DNA of 64,000 bases from Hyphochytrium catenoides (lineage: Eukaryota; Protista; Hyphochytriomycota): contig FLMG01000823.1 in assembly GCA_900088475.1 (NCBI GenBank), positions 3,576 through 67,575 on the forward strand, written 5' to 3'. A model generated the notes under the pieces. It was not told where the DNA came from, made no database searches, and saw only the letters and a list, made by a program, of their open reading frames with translations. The translations under genes were made by a program, and so were the position numbers. Shown here in pieces: positions 29,955 to 44,023 of the stretch. Position 1 is the first letter of the stretch. Each line of letters opens with the position of its first letter.

Positions 29955-32900
29955 ATGACCAGCGGTCTCTCCCTGGGCCATGCCCTGCCCAGCGGAACCT
30001 TTATTGGGCAGTGTACGAGTGAAAATGGCCGAAGTAAGAACGAGAAGCTCTTCTTGGAGTTTCACTCTGGATCTATCAATGGAGAAGGTAACAACCACCA
30101 GAAGCAGAAGCGGAAGAACGCTTGAGAGCTAAGCTTTGGACACCATGAATATCTTCCCTGATAGTGTCTCTCCTGAGTTCCATATGCCGCATTTACCTAA
30201 CCTATTCGTATAGTGCTCCCTGTCGACCTGTCCTACTTTTCCTTCCCGTTCTCTCTGCACCAATGTCAGAAACTACTGGCGTCCTATTGAATGTGCTACC
30301 GCCTGTAGAGCATAGTAAGATTGTAGCCCTCTTCCTTCTCATGTCTCTTCCTTACCTGCCAAGCTCCCTGTCTTACCTGCTTTGGCCCACTACGCAGTTA
30401 AATCAGCGACGCGGTGATGCTTCGCCCATTTCTCCCGCTTTTTGATGTCCAACGATCCTCATCTCCTCTATTCCTAGGCATCAGCGAAGGGTCCACTTTT
30501 TCATTGGCTGGGGAGTATTCATCTTCGGACGGTGTGTTTTGCTTCTCCAAGCTTGAGCTACCGAATGGAGAAGAAGAAGGGCCACAAATGTTCCAAAGAA
30601 AAGTCTTCCAGGGAAGAGTGACTGCAGATGAGGAGGGGACTTTCATTCTAAAGGTGAAAGGAGATTTGGAGTCCTCATGATCAGGCTAAAGTTCTTCTTC
30701 TCTCTCAGGTCCTTCCACGCGATGAGGAGGCACTATTTCTGCACTCGTTCCTGTCATAGTCTTTGCTTACTATCAATGCTCAAGCGAGTTCTTTTGTTCC
30801 ATCATCTGCGGGCTCTGGCAGTTGGTATCGGGCAACATACTTACTGACCTGCGTTGGTAGGTTGACACAGAGCTGACAGATTGCTTTCTCGTAGGGTAAG
30901 TGGAGATATGTGGACCTACGGAGAGGTGATGGAGGAGAGGAGGATGAACAAAAGGTGGAAGACCTAGGAGACAAACGGGGCTCTTTCGTCTACCGATTGC
31001 TCTCGATCCCCAATATCCTCAGAGACGCAGAGGAGCTCCATGCTCAGGTGACCACACGATGTCTTTCCCTTCCTTGGGCAGCACTATGCACTATTGCCGG
31101 ACTGACTAAAATGAAGGATCTTTCTAGACCTGTTTGGAAGGTCGAGTGCATCTCTCTACGTGTCTTGTTCAGTTATTCTTACCTCTGCTCGACCTGTTGT
31201 TGCTTCAGCTATCGTCAAGGAAAGCACCCACGTCGCAAGGGATTGAGGCACATGACACTGGAGATGAGGAGCAGAGGAAAGAGTTCGACGGCCAAGGAGC
31301 CGCACAGGAAGGTGGCGTATCTGTGCAATCGTCACCTCAGCAAGTCCTTACGAACGTGAAAGAAGAGGCTCTGGAGCAGCAGCTTGTGCAAATCGAGGAG
31401 GAAGAAGAAAGCGAGGAAATTGACGAGTTTCTGAACTATGCGCTATTCGACAGTTCTCTCTCCCCAGTTAGGGCAGGAGAGCGCCTCTACCTCTCAGCAG
31501 TTGAAGAGTCAGAGGAGCTGGCGCAGCAGTTGGCTTCTTCGTCTCTCCAAAGGGCATGGAGAGACAGTCGAAGAGACAAGGAAAGGCCGGCGAAAGAAGA
31601 ATCTGCCGTTAATCCAGTTTCGAAGTCAGAGGTCGGTAACCCTGACTCTAACCCTACATCTCTGACATCCGCGTTCGTTTACACCAAGCTAGGGTAGTCT
31701 GAGCACCTGGGTCACTTGATCTCTTCTTACCCCAAGGCCCGACCCAGCTTTAGCTTGATAATTCTCTCAGTTGAGGTCAACACTGTTCATCCCATTTGCT
31801 TGGGGCTAACCCGTGGTCGATAGCTACCTGCAAATGGTGCCTCCATCCCTGCTTTGACTAGCTGGGTACAAGATGAACCCGATGCTCCTGAAGAGGCAGA
31901 GGGTTCAGACAACCGTCTCTCCTCGGCTCAACAGCTCCATCAACGGGAGAAAACAGCTGCGATCACTCTTCAAAGAGTGTGGAGAGGGATTCGAGGGAGG
32001 AGGCTGTATCAAGATCTGAAGCTAGAAAGATATTTCCAGCATGAAAAGGACGATGTTTTGCGAATGGCAGAGACAGAAGCCGCCGCAATCCTGTGAGTGC
32101 GCCACGCAATAACAATTTATTTCTTCTCGCCGCCGGAGATGTATCAATATATGATATCTGTGTTCTCTCCGCAAAAGAAACTTTCAGGGCACCGTCACTT
32201 CCTACCCCCGAGCCGCCTTCTCTAGCTGTCCTTCTGCTATCCACTCCTCTAGCATAAACCTATAATCCGTGTATAAACCCCTCTTCGTTGTCCTGCTATT
32301 TTGACTCCCTCTTTCTGCTTTCGCTAGGGGTATGGCTGGTGCAGGACGTCCTGGAGAGATGGAGAGTGTCAGCAGGCTGGTAGAGAAAATGGTGCACATT
32401 GTAGCTGCAGCAAACACCAAGCTCCAGGAAAGCAGAAAGGTATTCTCCTTCCTTGTCGCGCGTGGTACCCGATAATCGAAGAACGGGGCCTCTTTCAGCG
32501 CCGTTACTCTTGCTGCGTCAATCTATCAGACGACCATTCCAACCCCTTCGCTCCGTTACTCATCATGCCTCCGCTAGGCCCCAGCTAATGCGACGTCTAC
32601 TCTGAAGCCTCCGTAGCCTTCTGTTCCCTTATTGGATTTAAACCGTTCACAAATGCCTGTTGACTAGGAAGGAGAGAAGCTTCGGACAGCATTGATCAAG
32701 ATGGAAGGGAAAGCTGCCCGTTTGCAGGAAGAGAAGCATCAGACTAATCTTCAGATGCTCAGCACTGCAGACGACTGTTCGAAAGCCATTAGCAAACTGC
32801 AGACAGCGCTTCAAGAAAAGGTTGGGAAGACCATTTCGTCCTCACTCTTTATATTCTTGTCCGTCTACCTGTTGTTTTTTTCTCGCTACTGGGATAGCGA

Positions 32901-35900
32901 GGTGGTTACCGAGGAAGAGTGGCTTCGGCGCTCATTGTTGAGATCACGAAGCCTGTTTACCGGTGCCACTCGCCTCCTGAGCTTGGCTGCTGTATCAGTA
33001 GTGCCTTTCCAGCTTTCGATCTCTGCGGTGGCACTGTCCCTTAACCTTACCGCCTTTTGCTGTGTTGTTTGTCCTTGCACGTTTAGGAGCAAGCGATCAT
33101 ACTCCTGCGTGCCCAGCTCTCTCAGATGGAAGATGTCGTGGAAGAGAGTTCTCTCTCCCAGTCATCTGTTGCCGCAGACTCGTCACGCTATAGGATATTG
33201 GCAGCTTCGCGAGCTGCTGAGGCTGAAAGCTTAAAGAGAGAGCTGCGAAGGGAAAGAGAAGGGAAGGAGGAACTAAAAGCTAAACTTGACCACGCTATCC
33301 AAACGGTGACTAAGTCCCTCTGGCTTTGACTTCAACTAGTTCTATTGATCTTGGTCGAGGTACTCCTCTTCGCATCCCGACTTGACTTAACTAGGAACCT
33401 GGGCAAACCCTCTCGTTTTTGATATTGCCCTCGCCTTTGAATGAGCTCTTCAGCGTCTGTTTGACCTTTGGCTAATTTTTCTTTGGGGGCTGCTTGTGCT
33501 AGATTCAAGAGCTGATGGCGGAGAATCGCAGGTTGCAGACGCTGACGGGAGAAAGTGTCCCTATAGAACCAGCAGAACTCCAAAGACAAACCCAACTCTC
33601 GCTTGAATACGACTTGTAAGGCGATCCTAAGGGCATCTTCAACCCCTTGTCATAATCTCACTTCCGTTGAGGTGTTACGTCTAGCCCTGAACTTTATACC
33701 TCCACATTTTACTTTCCGTTGACTAGGCATTGCTTTGAGATTTTGGAGACACCTGCCGTCTTGGATGATGTTAGACCTGATGTTTCTAACTCTTTTCTGA
33801 CGTACACAGAGTTGCCAAGATGAATGTGAGTGCGCAGAGTCGAGTGGCCGCTGCTGAGGCAGAGATCCGCCATTTGTCCTTGCAGCTCTCGAAGGCAGAG
33901 ACCTCCAACTCGGCGCTCAGGGCTGAAGTCAAAACACTGACTCGAGAGGTAACTCTCTTCCTTCAGCCAGCCTAGTCACTCAGTATTACTGGTATTCTGT
34001 GCTTAGGTTTAACCTCACAGTGCCAACTTCATGGTCCAGGCAAAGCAACAGGCGGAAGTACTCTCAGACCTCAGTGCCAAGCACACTGCACTCAATGCGG
34101 AGCGGCGTAGACTACTGCTAGAGGTAAGAAATGAAAGCATGAATGGGATGATCTTTAGTGAAGAGAGATTCCCACAGACGAATGAAGGCACTGCAAAGCT
34201 GACGCTTAAGCCTCCTCCTTCTTCCGTCATGTCATATGTGTTACTGGGTAGCTAAACTCTCTCCAAGACTTCATCTCGGATTTAAAAGACAAAACGCACA
34301 CTACGGAATACAGCGTGAAGGAGAAGATAAAGGAGAGTCAACGCTTGGGAGAGGAGAAGAGAGAGCTCAAGGATAGGATCCTGGCATTGGAGGAAGAAAG
34401 AGAGAACCTGAAGGCCTTTCAGGCTTCTGCTACCGCACACCTCCACGCTCAAGCTTTAACCTTAAAGAAGGTTCGGCATCGCCCGCCTTATGTTACACTT
34501 GTCCGAGGCTTAAGCTTTCTGGATCCCCACCTGATACATAGATGTTACCGATTTCTTCACTTGGAAACCTTCTCATTGTCTTTTTGTTCTTCACCTTTCT
34601 TTTACATCTTCTTGTAGCCTTCGCTTCTACGGACTCTTCACTCGTGTGGCCCTCTTCCGCGTAAAATCTGCAGCTATAATGATCTCTTCTCTGTATGGCG
34701 CCTAGAACTACTACTTCCTCACTCTTAAACTTTGCATTATCTGTCAGATGATTTCCGCCCGTCAAAATCTAGCCGCCACCTACCAGGAACTGCATAAGTG
34801 CAATACACTGCGTGCCTTTCTCCGCACCGTACGAGAGGAGGTGATAACAATGCAGCAGGAGTTTCTGGCCTACGTAGAACAGCTCCGCGGACCGCTCCTG
34901 GAGTGGGTGAAGGGCGCCGAAGTATACGCGATGAAGACTCACAGTCAGGATCGAGCGCTCATCTATCTCTACTGGCGAGAGCTCTCTCAGCGGAGGATGC
35001 TGCATAATCAGGTAGCGATGGGTTGGCAGCGATCAGCATGTTTTAGGAAGACAAAGGGAAAGAAAACTTGTTACTCAGAGGCTGACATATTAGCAAGCCC
35101 ATCCTTCCTAAGATGCTTCTTCTGTCAGCCCTCACTCATATATGACATTGGCGGAGAGGTCTTTTCGTCTTGTTGTCATTGTCGCTAAGCTCTGAAAGCT
35201 AAGCTTTGTGACTCATTACCTTGATATTTGAGCTGTCTAAGCTCCGCCCTGAGCTTTTAACATCCCATTCCTCTTACCAGCTTTGGCTGTCACGCCGAAA
35301 CATGACTGTTTGCTGTCGGGTTCTCTCGTCGAGTGCTTTTGCGCATCTGAAAGTCGAGACACCATCCGAGGAAGATAAAAGGACTGAGATCGTAGTGGCT
35401 GATGCCCGAACCCAGTGCTTATCCGTTATCAACCAAAAGGGAGAGAGACAGACATTCAACTTCGATCATGTCTTCCCGACGTCGTCTGGTACGCACGCAT
35501 TCCTTCCTCAGTAGTTAGCGCCATTGGATTGTATGCCTCTGTAGGTCGTCCTCTTCCTCTGGCTCACTTTTTCGTCGAATTCACTCCTGCCATACCTCTT
35601 CGGCAATAGGCCTCTTTCCACAATCATTTTGTCTCAAAGCTATGGCCTACCTACCTTCTCTGCCCCACCATCGCCACAATATTTTAGCCACCTCTTGTCG
35701 TTGAAGAACCAAAGGAACAAATGTCCTCCCACATTGTTCTTGGACCATACTCACTCAGAACCTATTCCCTCGATTAGGTAACGCCTTCGTCTCTGATGCC
35801 GTTCTGCCTATCCTCCAGAGCGTGCTAGATGGCATAAGCTCCGCCATCTTCCTCTACGATATTGCTGGGGCTAATGAGGGAGAAGAAAATTGTTCGACAA

Positions 35901-37288
35901 CCATCATAAGTCTGTACACGAGTAGCTCCCTCTTTGACTCTCCTGGCAATGTTTAATTCATTAAACCTCCGTTCCTTGGCGTCAACCTGCCCCACAGGGA
36001 CTGGTGCCATGGAGATTACTTCAAGAGAGCCGTGCTTTTGACCTCGGCAGCCTCTACTTAGTCCTATGCCTTCGAACTGTAGAGCTCGATTTCCCCTACT
36101 TTCTTTTTGAATTCTTAACATATAGCACCTTGCTCCCATTCCGCTCATCGATGCTGATATCCTTTAACACCTGCTTTGTTCTCAGGAGAACTCTTCGGGG
36201 CATGTGCACTCTGCTCAGGCATCTCCTCCACAACCTTGCTGGACTTTGCCTTCACAATCAGCTATGTTGAGGTGGAGGGCGAAGTGACCAATGATCTTCT
36301 CTCTTCTTCGCCACTAGGGGCGCGCCCCCCTGCCCTCACGGTGGTAGAGGTGAAAAACGTCGAGGAAGCGCTTCTGGTGGCTGCAGAAGGTTTGTTAAGC
36401 TATATCCGAAAGTTTGTATGGTCTTGCTTATAGGATGTTGGGTGGTTAAGCTTTCTGGCTCTTTGTTGGCTAGCTCTCTAGAGGATGCGTGATCAAACGA
36501 GTTATCCCTGCACTTATCTTCCTCTATGGCGACAACTATTGACTCTATCGCATTCAGGACGAAAAAGGCGCCTATCCCGGTCGGCCATGAGTGCTGTTGT
36601 CACTCTCTCCGTGTCTGTCACCAACTTCATCACCAAAGAGAGTTACGAGGCGCGGCTCCACATTTGTGAGCTACCGACATCCCAAACAGAGGACGAGAAG
36701 ACGGACATTATAAGGTATAAAAAGATCACCTTCCACCTATGAAGGCTCGGGAGGGTCTGAAAACGTTGAGCGCGTTTAGTTTTGGCGCCCTATGAACTTC
36801 TATGGCGAGTGTTGGTATAGAAGTGCGTATATTAACAGTCTACGCAGGATTAGGGGACTACAAGGCACCAGTGACTCCATGGCAGGAGAGAGAAGCCCTA
36901 GTCTCGAAGCCCTTATCAATGTAATCGAAGCGATTCAAACTGAGGCCATGCACCTTCCTTACACATCATCAAGGCTCACAACTCTTCTACGAGATGCCCT
37001 CAACCGTCAGGTACTCGTTCCTTCCCAGACATTCTCTTCGTTTCCTCGTCCATTGTTCTCTATTGGATAAAGAGTCGATCAGCGCCACTTGTGTTGCCCT
37101 TACGTTTAGGGTATAAGCTTAGACTTTCCTGCTCCATAAACTTCTGCGCATATATTACAGTCGAAAGTGCTGTTGCTAGTGTCCCTGCCTCCTCGTCTCG
37201 TTCCATCGGGCTCGGAAGAAAGGTGGCTAAAGGAAGCAATGGACCTTCGTCGAGCGATGAAGAGTCAGAGCAAGAAGGGCAAGACTAG
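29955..37288 (+). CDS. IQ-motif/coiled-coil protein with C-terminal degenerate kinesin-14-like motor domain (many exons; start approximate)
   Basis: IQ motif AAITLQRVWRGIRGRR (about 31956-32005), then long coiled-coil exons. Motor-region motifs: neck RRMLHNQ|LWLSRRNMTVCCRV, FNFDHVF, PILQSVLDG, ISYVEV...NDLL, SLEALINVIEAI...HLPYTSSRLTTLLRDAL. Confidence 0.8.
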
Positions 37289-37788
37289 TGAAATGGTAGT
37301 GGGACCTTCGGCTTTATCAAAACTATCTTCCAGTTGACTAGTGTCTTTTACATCGTTGTAACTATCTCTCGTAGGGAGTCTTTTCGATTGCTGCTTCGTC
37401 ATGTTGCCCTGTCCCTCTGCTGTTTCGCCTTCATTCTCTATCCCTGCCATCTCTGGCCAAGTGTGGCTCCTTAGGCTAAGAGAAACGGGGCGCTAATCGA
37501 GAAAAAGATGGAATCTGATGTCTCGTTTTCCGTATCGCCTTGACTACTACCGTGCAGGAGGTAGATGTGCCTGCTAATCCTGGCAACTTACCCATTGAGG
37601 TTTTTCAACCGGTTCCTTGGCCATGGAGCTCTCAAGCGGATGACCACAATTTACAGGTAAACCCTTCATGTGTGTAGACCACTGGCCTGCTCCATGCTCA
37701 ACCCGGTTGCGCTTTGGTGTTACGCCGAACTGCGTCTCGCCAGCAGTTTCCCCAGCTAGCAGCTCATTGGCGGCTGGCCGCCGTGGAC

Positions 37789-38951
37789 ATGGAACAAAGA
37801 GACAACTACCAACGCAACTTTATGCCGGACATGATGCCACAAAAGTCTCCAAGAAAGCCTTCTGAAGGCGGTTCAAGGTAGCTCTCATGAGATGACAATG
37901 TGGCTCCCCTTCGTTTCTTGTACCGGGTCCTCACTGGCTTCCAGTCCACAAAACGCGCTCATATCTGTGCCTGCGATCACTCTATCAGGACCATGAGCCA
38001 TGAGAGATCTCACTCTGTCAGGACCATGAGTCACGAGAGACAAAGCACTCCAGGGAACGGAAGGAGAAATACCCTTCCATCACCGTCTCGTGGAGGTCCA
38101 CGCCAGTCATCTGTGACACCCTCTCTTCGCCATGTTCCACATCGACAACGCCCCTTAGTATTTGAGACTTCAAAGCCTGCTTTGGCGCGAGTGTATAAGC
38201 ATCTGCAAAAGGAGCACCTCAGAGTCCGCGACCTCTTTTCATCACGGCAGATCAGAGGGACGGGAATCGTTACTGCTGGCGATGTAGAAGCGGCTCTGGC
38301 TAGACTAAACATTAGACTGTCAGCGGACGAGGTATGTTCTGAGACAGAGATATGCAAGGGGAGAGAGATAGCGGCTTATGTTGCCACTTTGGTCTCCTTA
38401 TTGTGCCAGTACCTTGTCTCTTGCGATGCTCTATTCACCCGGACAGATGTTTCCTACAAACACTAGACAGTCAGCCTCCACGCAACCCACTCGTAACTTT
38501 CCACTTATCTTTCAACCTCTTATTCTCACTTCGTGCACCAGATCATCTCAATAGTGCAGGAAGGCGACAAGGACGGCGATGGGAGAATTCGCCTCACTGA
38601 CCTGGAAAGTGTGATTAACTCCTCAAAGAATGCACTGGCTGAAGCAGAAACCATACTCTCCAGGCCTGTAAGCGTCACCAAGAGACGCAAGAGCACAGTC
38701 AAGCCTCTCTTAGAGAAGGATGGTAAGAACCCTGCTACTATACTCTCGCTATCACATGCTCTCTCACCCCTCTCTAAGTGCGGCTCCCCGTGTCTCACTC
38801 ATTGTTCTCCTCCTTGTTCGTAAGTCGCATTTGTTACTCTGTCTTTCGATTGTTGCATGAATTCTCATCATTATATTGTCTGCCTGCCTATGAAGATCCT
38901 ACTCTCCAAAAAATGCGAGAGGTGATGCAACGTTGGGGCTATCAGACTTGA
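37789..38951 (+). CDS. EF-hand protein (about 4 exons)
   Basis: Exon 1 MEQRDNY...GGSR splices in frame to RTMSHER. A degenerate EF-hand (LRVRDLF...GTGIVTAGDVEAALARLNIRLS) is followed by the canonical loop DKDGDGRIRLTD. Last exon DPTLQKMREVMQRWGYQT*. Confidence 0.75.
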
Positions 38952-39557
38952 GCCCAAGACAAAAACGGACATATTCTCTTCAGCTCCTTGCTCTTATCAG
39001 TTATGGGAGGCTTGGTGATGGGGAAGTTGGGCACCGTCTTAAGGTCTATATATCGGAGTAGACGAAGAGCTTCGGCCGCAGTACGGCCGGCGAACTGGCA
39101 TGATCAAAGACGCTCTTGAAGGTGAATGGTCCTTTCCGCATAGAAAGCGCCCAACCTTAGTAAGGTATGCGTACCTGAAGAGGAGGATAGAGAGCCCAGA
39201 GCTGCATCTGGGCACAGAGTCAAGAAAGGGGAGCGCCCAAATCGTAAGCAGGAGCTGCTCTCCGGGACGATAGACGATAGACAATCCTCGGATGAAGTGC
39301 ACATCGTGCTTGATCTTCACACCGCAAGCGATGGCTGTTCACTTTTGCGACAATATCGGAGTACATTTACTTCTGTTCTCCCTGATTAATTCCGATAAAG
39401 AGTAATCCTCATGGAGTAAATTGTCTTGTTGTATGGGCCTGCTGAGTGATAATACGATAAAATAAGGTCCACTGGAGTTTGTCTGTTTCTTTGGTTGAAG
39501 TTTCAGACGCAGATTTTCAAAGAGAGAATCTGCACCAATCTTCAAAAGGCGGCCCAG

Positions 39558-39630
39558 GCACAGAGCTCGGAAGCGGAAGACGGCACAGCACAGAGCTCGG
39601 AAGCGGAAGACCTGAGCCCTGAAGCGGAAG
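39558..39630. repeat. Short tandem repeat, 30-bp period (gcacagagctcggaagcggaaga), about 2.5 copies
   Basis: Directly visible upstream of the gene at 39799. Confidence 0.8.
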
Positions 39631-39798
39631 AGGGGGCTAGCGCTGCTGTGGGACTAGCTCATAAAGCTATAGAACGATTCTTTTGACTCTCTCATCTCTT
39701 GAAATAGTAAGGATTCGCCCGGCAAGAAGCTACAGCTAGGATGCCCGTCAAGGACTGGGTTTGAGCACTTGCATATTGGAGGCACGTAGTCGGGCGGG

Positions 39799-42700
39799 AT
39801 GCTTTTCTCACCGACTTCGGGTCCCGAGGTCTTCGTTGGACTGGAGGCAGGAGTAGGAGAATGGCAAAACATCCCCGATATTATCCGTCTCGCATTCGAA
39901 AGTTTTCTTCCTGTTCTTAGACTCTACGAGCAAGGGAAACTAGAGCTCCAACCTGCTCAACGACTTCTACCTCCAGATCCCAAACTAGCTGCAGTAAGAC
40001 TCGACGTGATAACACTTGATCAAGCCCCGTTGTCGTGTGATTGCTTAATATCTGTCGGTCCTGTGCCTCTTCTCAATGCCTCTACATGCAGCATGAGGAG
40101 CTTTTTACCCAGCTCAAGAGTCGATACAAGAACCTCTCTTCCGAAGTGATGTCCCTCAAGGCAATCACCGCGACCAAGGCAGATCTCTCTTATGTCAACC
40201 AGTGCCTCGAGACCAAGGCAAATCGGTCAGAGGCTCTCGACCATAGTCAGCAGGTTATAACTTTGACCAGTCAGGTGAAGGACCTCGAATCAGAGGTGAC
40301 GCAGATGAAAGGCTCAATAGCAGGACTGAGTAAAGAGCTCGAGAACCTCGAACAACGGGTATGGATATCGTCCCCACACCAAAATATCGCTCTTACACCT
40401 GTCTTGACCTATCTAGGAACCTATCCCCTTCCTGCCCACCGCAAAAGGTTCTCACGGTGGTGCGCAAAAGCTGGCCGAGCTACAGCGTGAGATACAAAGA
40501 AAGGCGACAAAGGAGATTGTGGCTGAAGCTCTGCATCGGAAAGCTAGTAAAACAGCCGTCGAAGAGATCAGAAGAGTCCTAGAGGAGCATGAGCTGAAGC
40601 TCTCTCTCTTGCAGCCCAATGCTTCTTCGGGTCTGTCATTTACCCCTATTCTCGCTCTTTAGACTTGCTACTGACGATGGAAGAGCTTCTCTCCACTACC
40701 TCTTTACGTTCCAAGCCCCTTTCTAGGCGCCTCTTCTATTAATTGGCCAGCCTCTCTATGTGCAGCTGTTTTTGATCTTTTAGCACTTCTGTGCTGTCCG
40801 GTATGCTCCTCATTCCCATCTCAATGTACACTGGAACTTCAAGGTCTCTGTCTCTTAGCATCTGAGGCTTCCGTTTACAGAGTACGACGCCGTCAGCAAA
40901 CGATCAGACTTGGGCTCTCCTGCAGCTGATAACATGCTAAAAGATCGCCTCAGGAAGGCCAGAGATGAAGGTCCAGGCGAGCCCCCTCCTCTTCCATCCT
41001 CCCCTGCCAGAACGATTGTGTACACTTCCTCATTCGTCCGCTCTATCCCTCAAGCTTTGTTCGCAATGTTCACTGATACTCCTTGCCCATTGCAGCAAAC
41101 TCGAAGACGATGACTGAAGCTTTGAAGAGGTTGACAGACCGAGTGAACGAGAACTCCAAGAGCTTGCAGCAGTGCCTCACCGTAGACGAAGCAGCGGCTC
41201 TACTTGCCAACAAAGCTGATTGCGAGAGGGTAGAAGAACTTGGGCTGGTAAGAAGACAGGTTTGGTTATGACGGCTTAAGGGAGACAAACAACGTCAGGG
41301 GAAAGAGTATTGGATCAGCCACGAACGATTGAAGGGGAAAGGAGAGTGAAAGACCAGGGGAGCCGATATAAGGAGGTTGCCTTCCTTGAGACAAATCTGG
41401 TGTTAGGGAGCGGTGCCAAGGCAGTAGTCGTGCTTCCTAATCTGACTTATGCGCTACAAAGGCAGTTGAAAAGCTTCGTGGGAGCTTCCATAGGGCGAGT
41501 ACACTATGTGGGGTCGTGCATTCACAGGCGCAAGAGCTAGAAAGCCGGATCTCGTACCTCCAAACCAAAGTAGACCAGCAGCAACCCCCTCCTTCTGCAA
41601 GGTGAGCTCGTAGACTAAGCAAACTCACTCGATGATGATGTCGCAATCAGACGGGAGATCTAGTGGAGTTAGAGGTGTGACATACGCCCTGGTGAAGGCT
41701 CAAAAGAGAAAACCTTCTAAAGGGAAGGGTGGACTACCTTCCTAGAAGGGAAATGTCTAGACAGACAGGAGGGGAGGGCAGAACCGCTGGTCAACCAGCC
41801 AGCGGACTGACGAAAGCTGTTTCCCGCCCTCCTGTGTCAGGGACCTTGAGCAGCTTTGTCAGTCCACCGTCTTACGGGTAACAGAGCCGTTGACCAACGA
41901 GAGCAGAGAGCGAGCTGAGGATGTTCAAAAGCTCTTGAAAGCTGTCGAGGATAAGGTATGAGGAATGGTTCTGCATAGATATGGAAAGGCTGGACGGCGA
42001 GCGCCCAAGGCATTATATGGTTGGGGACATAAGCGCCAATGCGAGGTTGAAAGGAGCAAAGACCTGTTTGCTTAACCCTTTGGACTTCGTACTTGGTTCT
42101 CTTACCTAGACGTCTACTGCCGTGAAGAAGATGAGTGCACAGCTGAAAAAGACAGCGACGAAAGAGTCTCTCTTCGCAGCTATTGAAGGTACAGAACAAA
42201 GAGAACAACTCTGCGACTCTCCGCTTTTTCTTGGGTTGACGTTCTCCTTCTTCCTAATTCCTAGCCCATCGAAAGCATGAGGCGGCCCGTGACCAGCAGA
42301 TTGAGGAGCACATTATAACCCTTAAGAAGGTAAGCTAAGGCTTGGCTGCTGAGTTAGTACGCAACATCTAAGCGGCTTTACCTTTAGGAGATCGATGTCC
42401 TACGGACAATGGAGCAAGGAAGGAAGAGTATGGGAGACGAAGAAGAGCATATTCGGAGAGTTGAAGACAGAGTCCAAGAGCTAGGTTTGAATCTGGTACG
42501 ACGCTTCCTCTCCTCTTTTCTCTCGAAATCTCGTCATCCTAGGCTTCTGTTACCTTCTGTTCCCCTGACAATATAGAAGATGTCTATCAAGGTATCCTCA
42601 TGCTTATAATCCTTAGAGAAGGGAAGTGACTGAGCATGTCTCAAGACAGTGCCAGGATCTGATTGAGGGCAAACAAGCCGCTCACGAGGAAAGAATGACT

Positions 42701-43827
42701 GTGCTCCTAGAGAAAGAAGAGGCGCTGCTCAGAGAACTAGTAGCAGATGCAGAGAAGAAAGTATGATTTTACTAGCAACTCTCCAGCTCTTTTGTCTCGG
42801 CTGTGCCTCTTCTTTACTTGGGGTTTGTATCTTTCGCCACTGAGCATTATCCTTAAACAGCGTTCTGATGGTTCTTGGACTCCTTTGGTCCTTTCTCAAG
42901 CTAAGTCACTGCCTTAGTTGCAGAAGGGGTTAGCAGAAGTCTTAGCTACGGCGGAAGAGATCCAGGAACTGTTAAAAACATCAAAGGGAACACGAAAAGG
43001 AGAATCTAACGCCATTCAGCAACAAGTTGCAGACCTGTCAGCAGGGCAAGGTTACGTCATGTCCTCAACTTTCCTGCCTCTAGTTCTTATGTTTGCCTGT
43101 GTATGCCGTCCCTCCTGCCCCTTCGCGTACGTCGGTTTTAGGATAGTGCTCTTGGCATAGTGCTAGCGCCGTGCTGACTCCGCGGCCACTGTTTCCTATT
43201 CCGCAGATAAGGTTCGGTCCCGACTATCATCTACCACTCAACTCTTGACCTCTCTGTCACGTCGGATGGAAGAAAGGATGGCGAAGTTTGAGGGTTACAC
43301 TTCCAGTCTAGAGATTCGGATGAGGTACTCTCGCTTAACGCCATTCCGTAGGGGCCGATCAATCAAGAAGATTGCTAGGACGATATAGAAAGTGACGGAG
43401 GAGAAGAGAATGAGAGCGAGGGAGAGCGCGAGAGAGGAAAGAGAGAGAAAGAGAGAGAGGGAAAGCGGGGACTTCCTTCTTGAGCTCAATCGCTTCAGTT
43501 CGTCAAGGCTTCCAACGCGGATTTGTGAGTTCTCTTCGTGTTCCCTTTGCCGACTGATCTAAGGAAACTTTATACAGGGTGATGGACGAGGACATCCGGA
43601 AAGCGATGGATACCGTGGACTCTGTAAGGCATCAAGTCAGGCTTGACATGAGTCAGCGAGATGAAAGAGCACTGAGAGAGGAGGAAGGAAGTATCAGCAG
43701 GTCCTATCTCTCATCAGGTATGATAATCACTAGACTACCTCATCTCTTCTCGCTACATCTTCTCAGCATGGCCGCAACTTGACCAGCGCTCGTAGGTGAC
43801 AGGGTTCAATTGTCCAAAAGAAGATAA
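39799..43827 (+). CDS. Uncharacterised coiled-coil protein with repeated KA(D/N/S) motifs (multi-exon; 3' end approximate)
   Basis: Exons encode WQNIPDIIRLAF, TKADLSYVNQCLETKANRSE, HRKASK and ANKADCERVEE plus heptad-rich segments, separated by GT-AG introns. Confidence 0.65.
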
Positions 43828-44023
43828 CTTCAGGATAGAACATTTTAAGAGTGAAGGTAAAAAGGACCAACAAGGTCTATATTTACAGCCCACGACAGGA
43901 AAATTGCCCAGTCCTGCAGAGCTCAAGTACTGAGATGAAGCCGCAGGAAGACGTATCAAAATAGAGCTACGAGAGTAGAAGAAACGGATGCGACTCCTCC
44001 ATCATTGCTTCCTGCCTTCAAGT

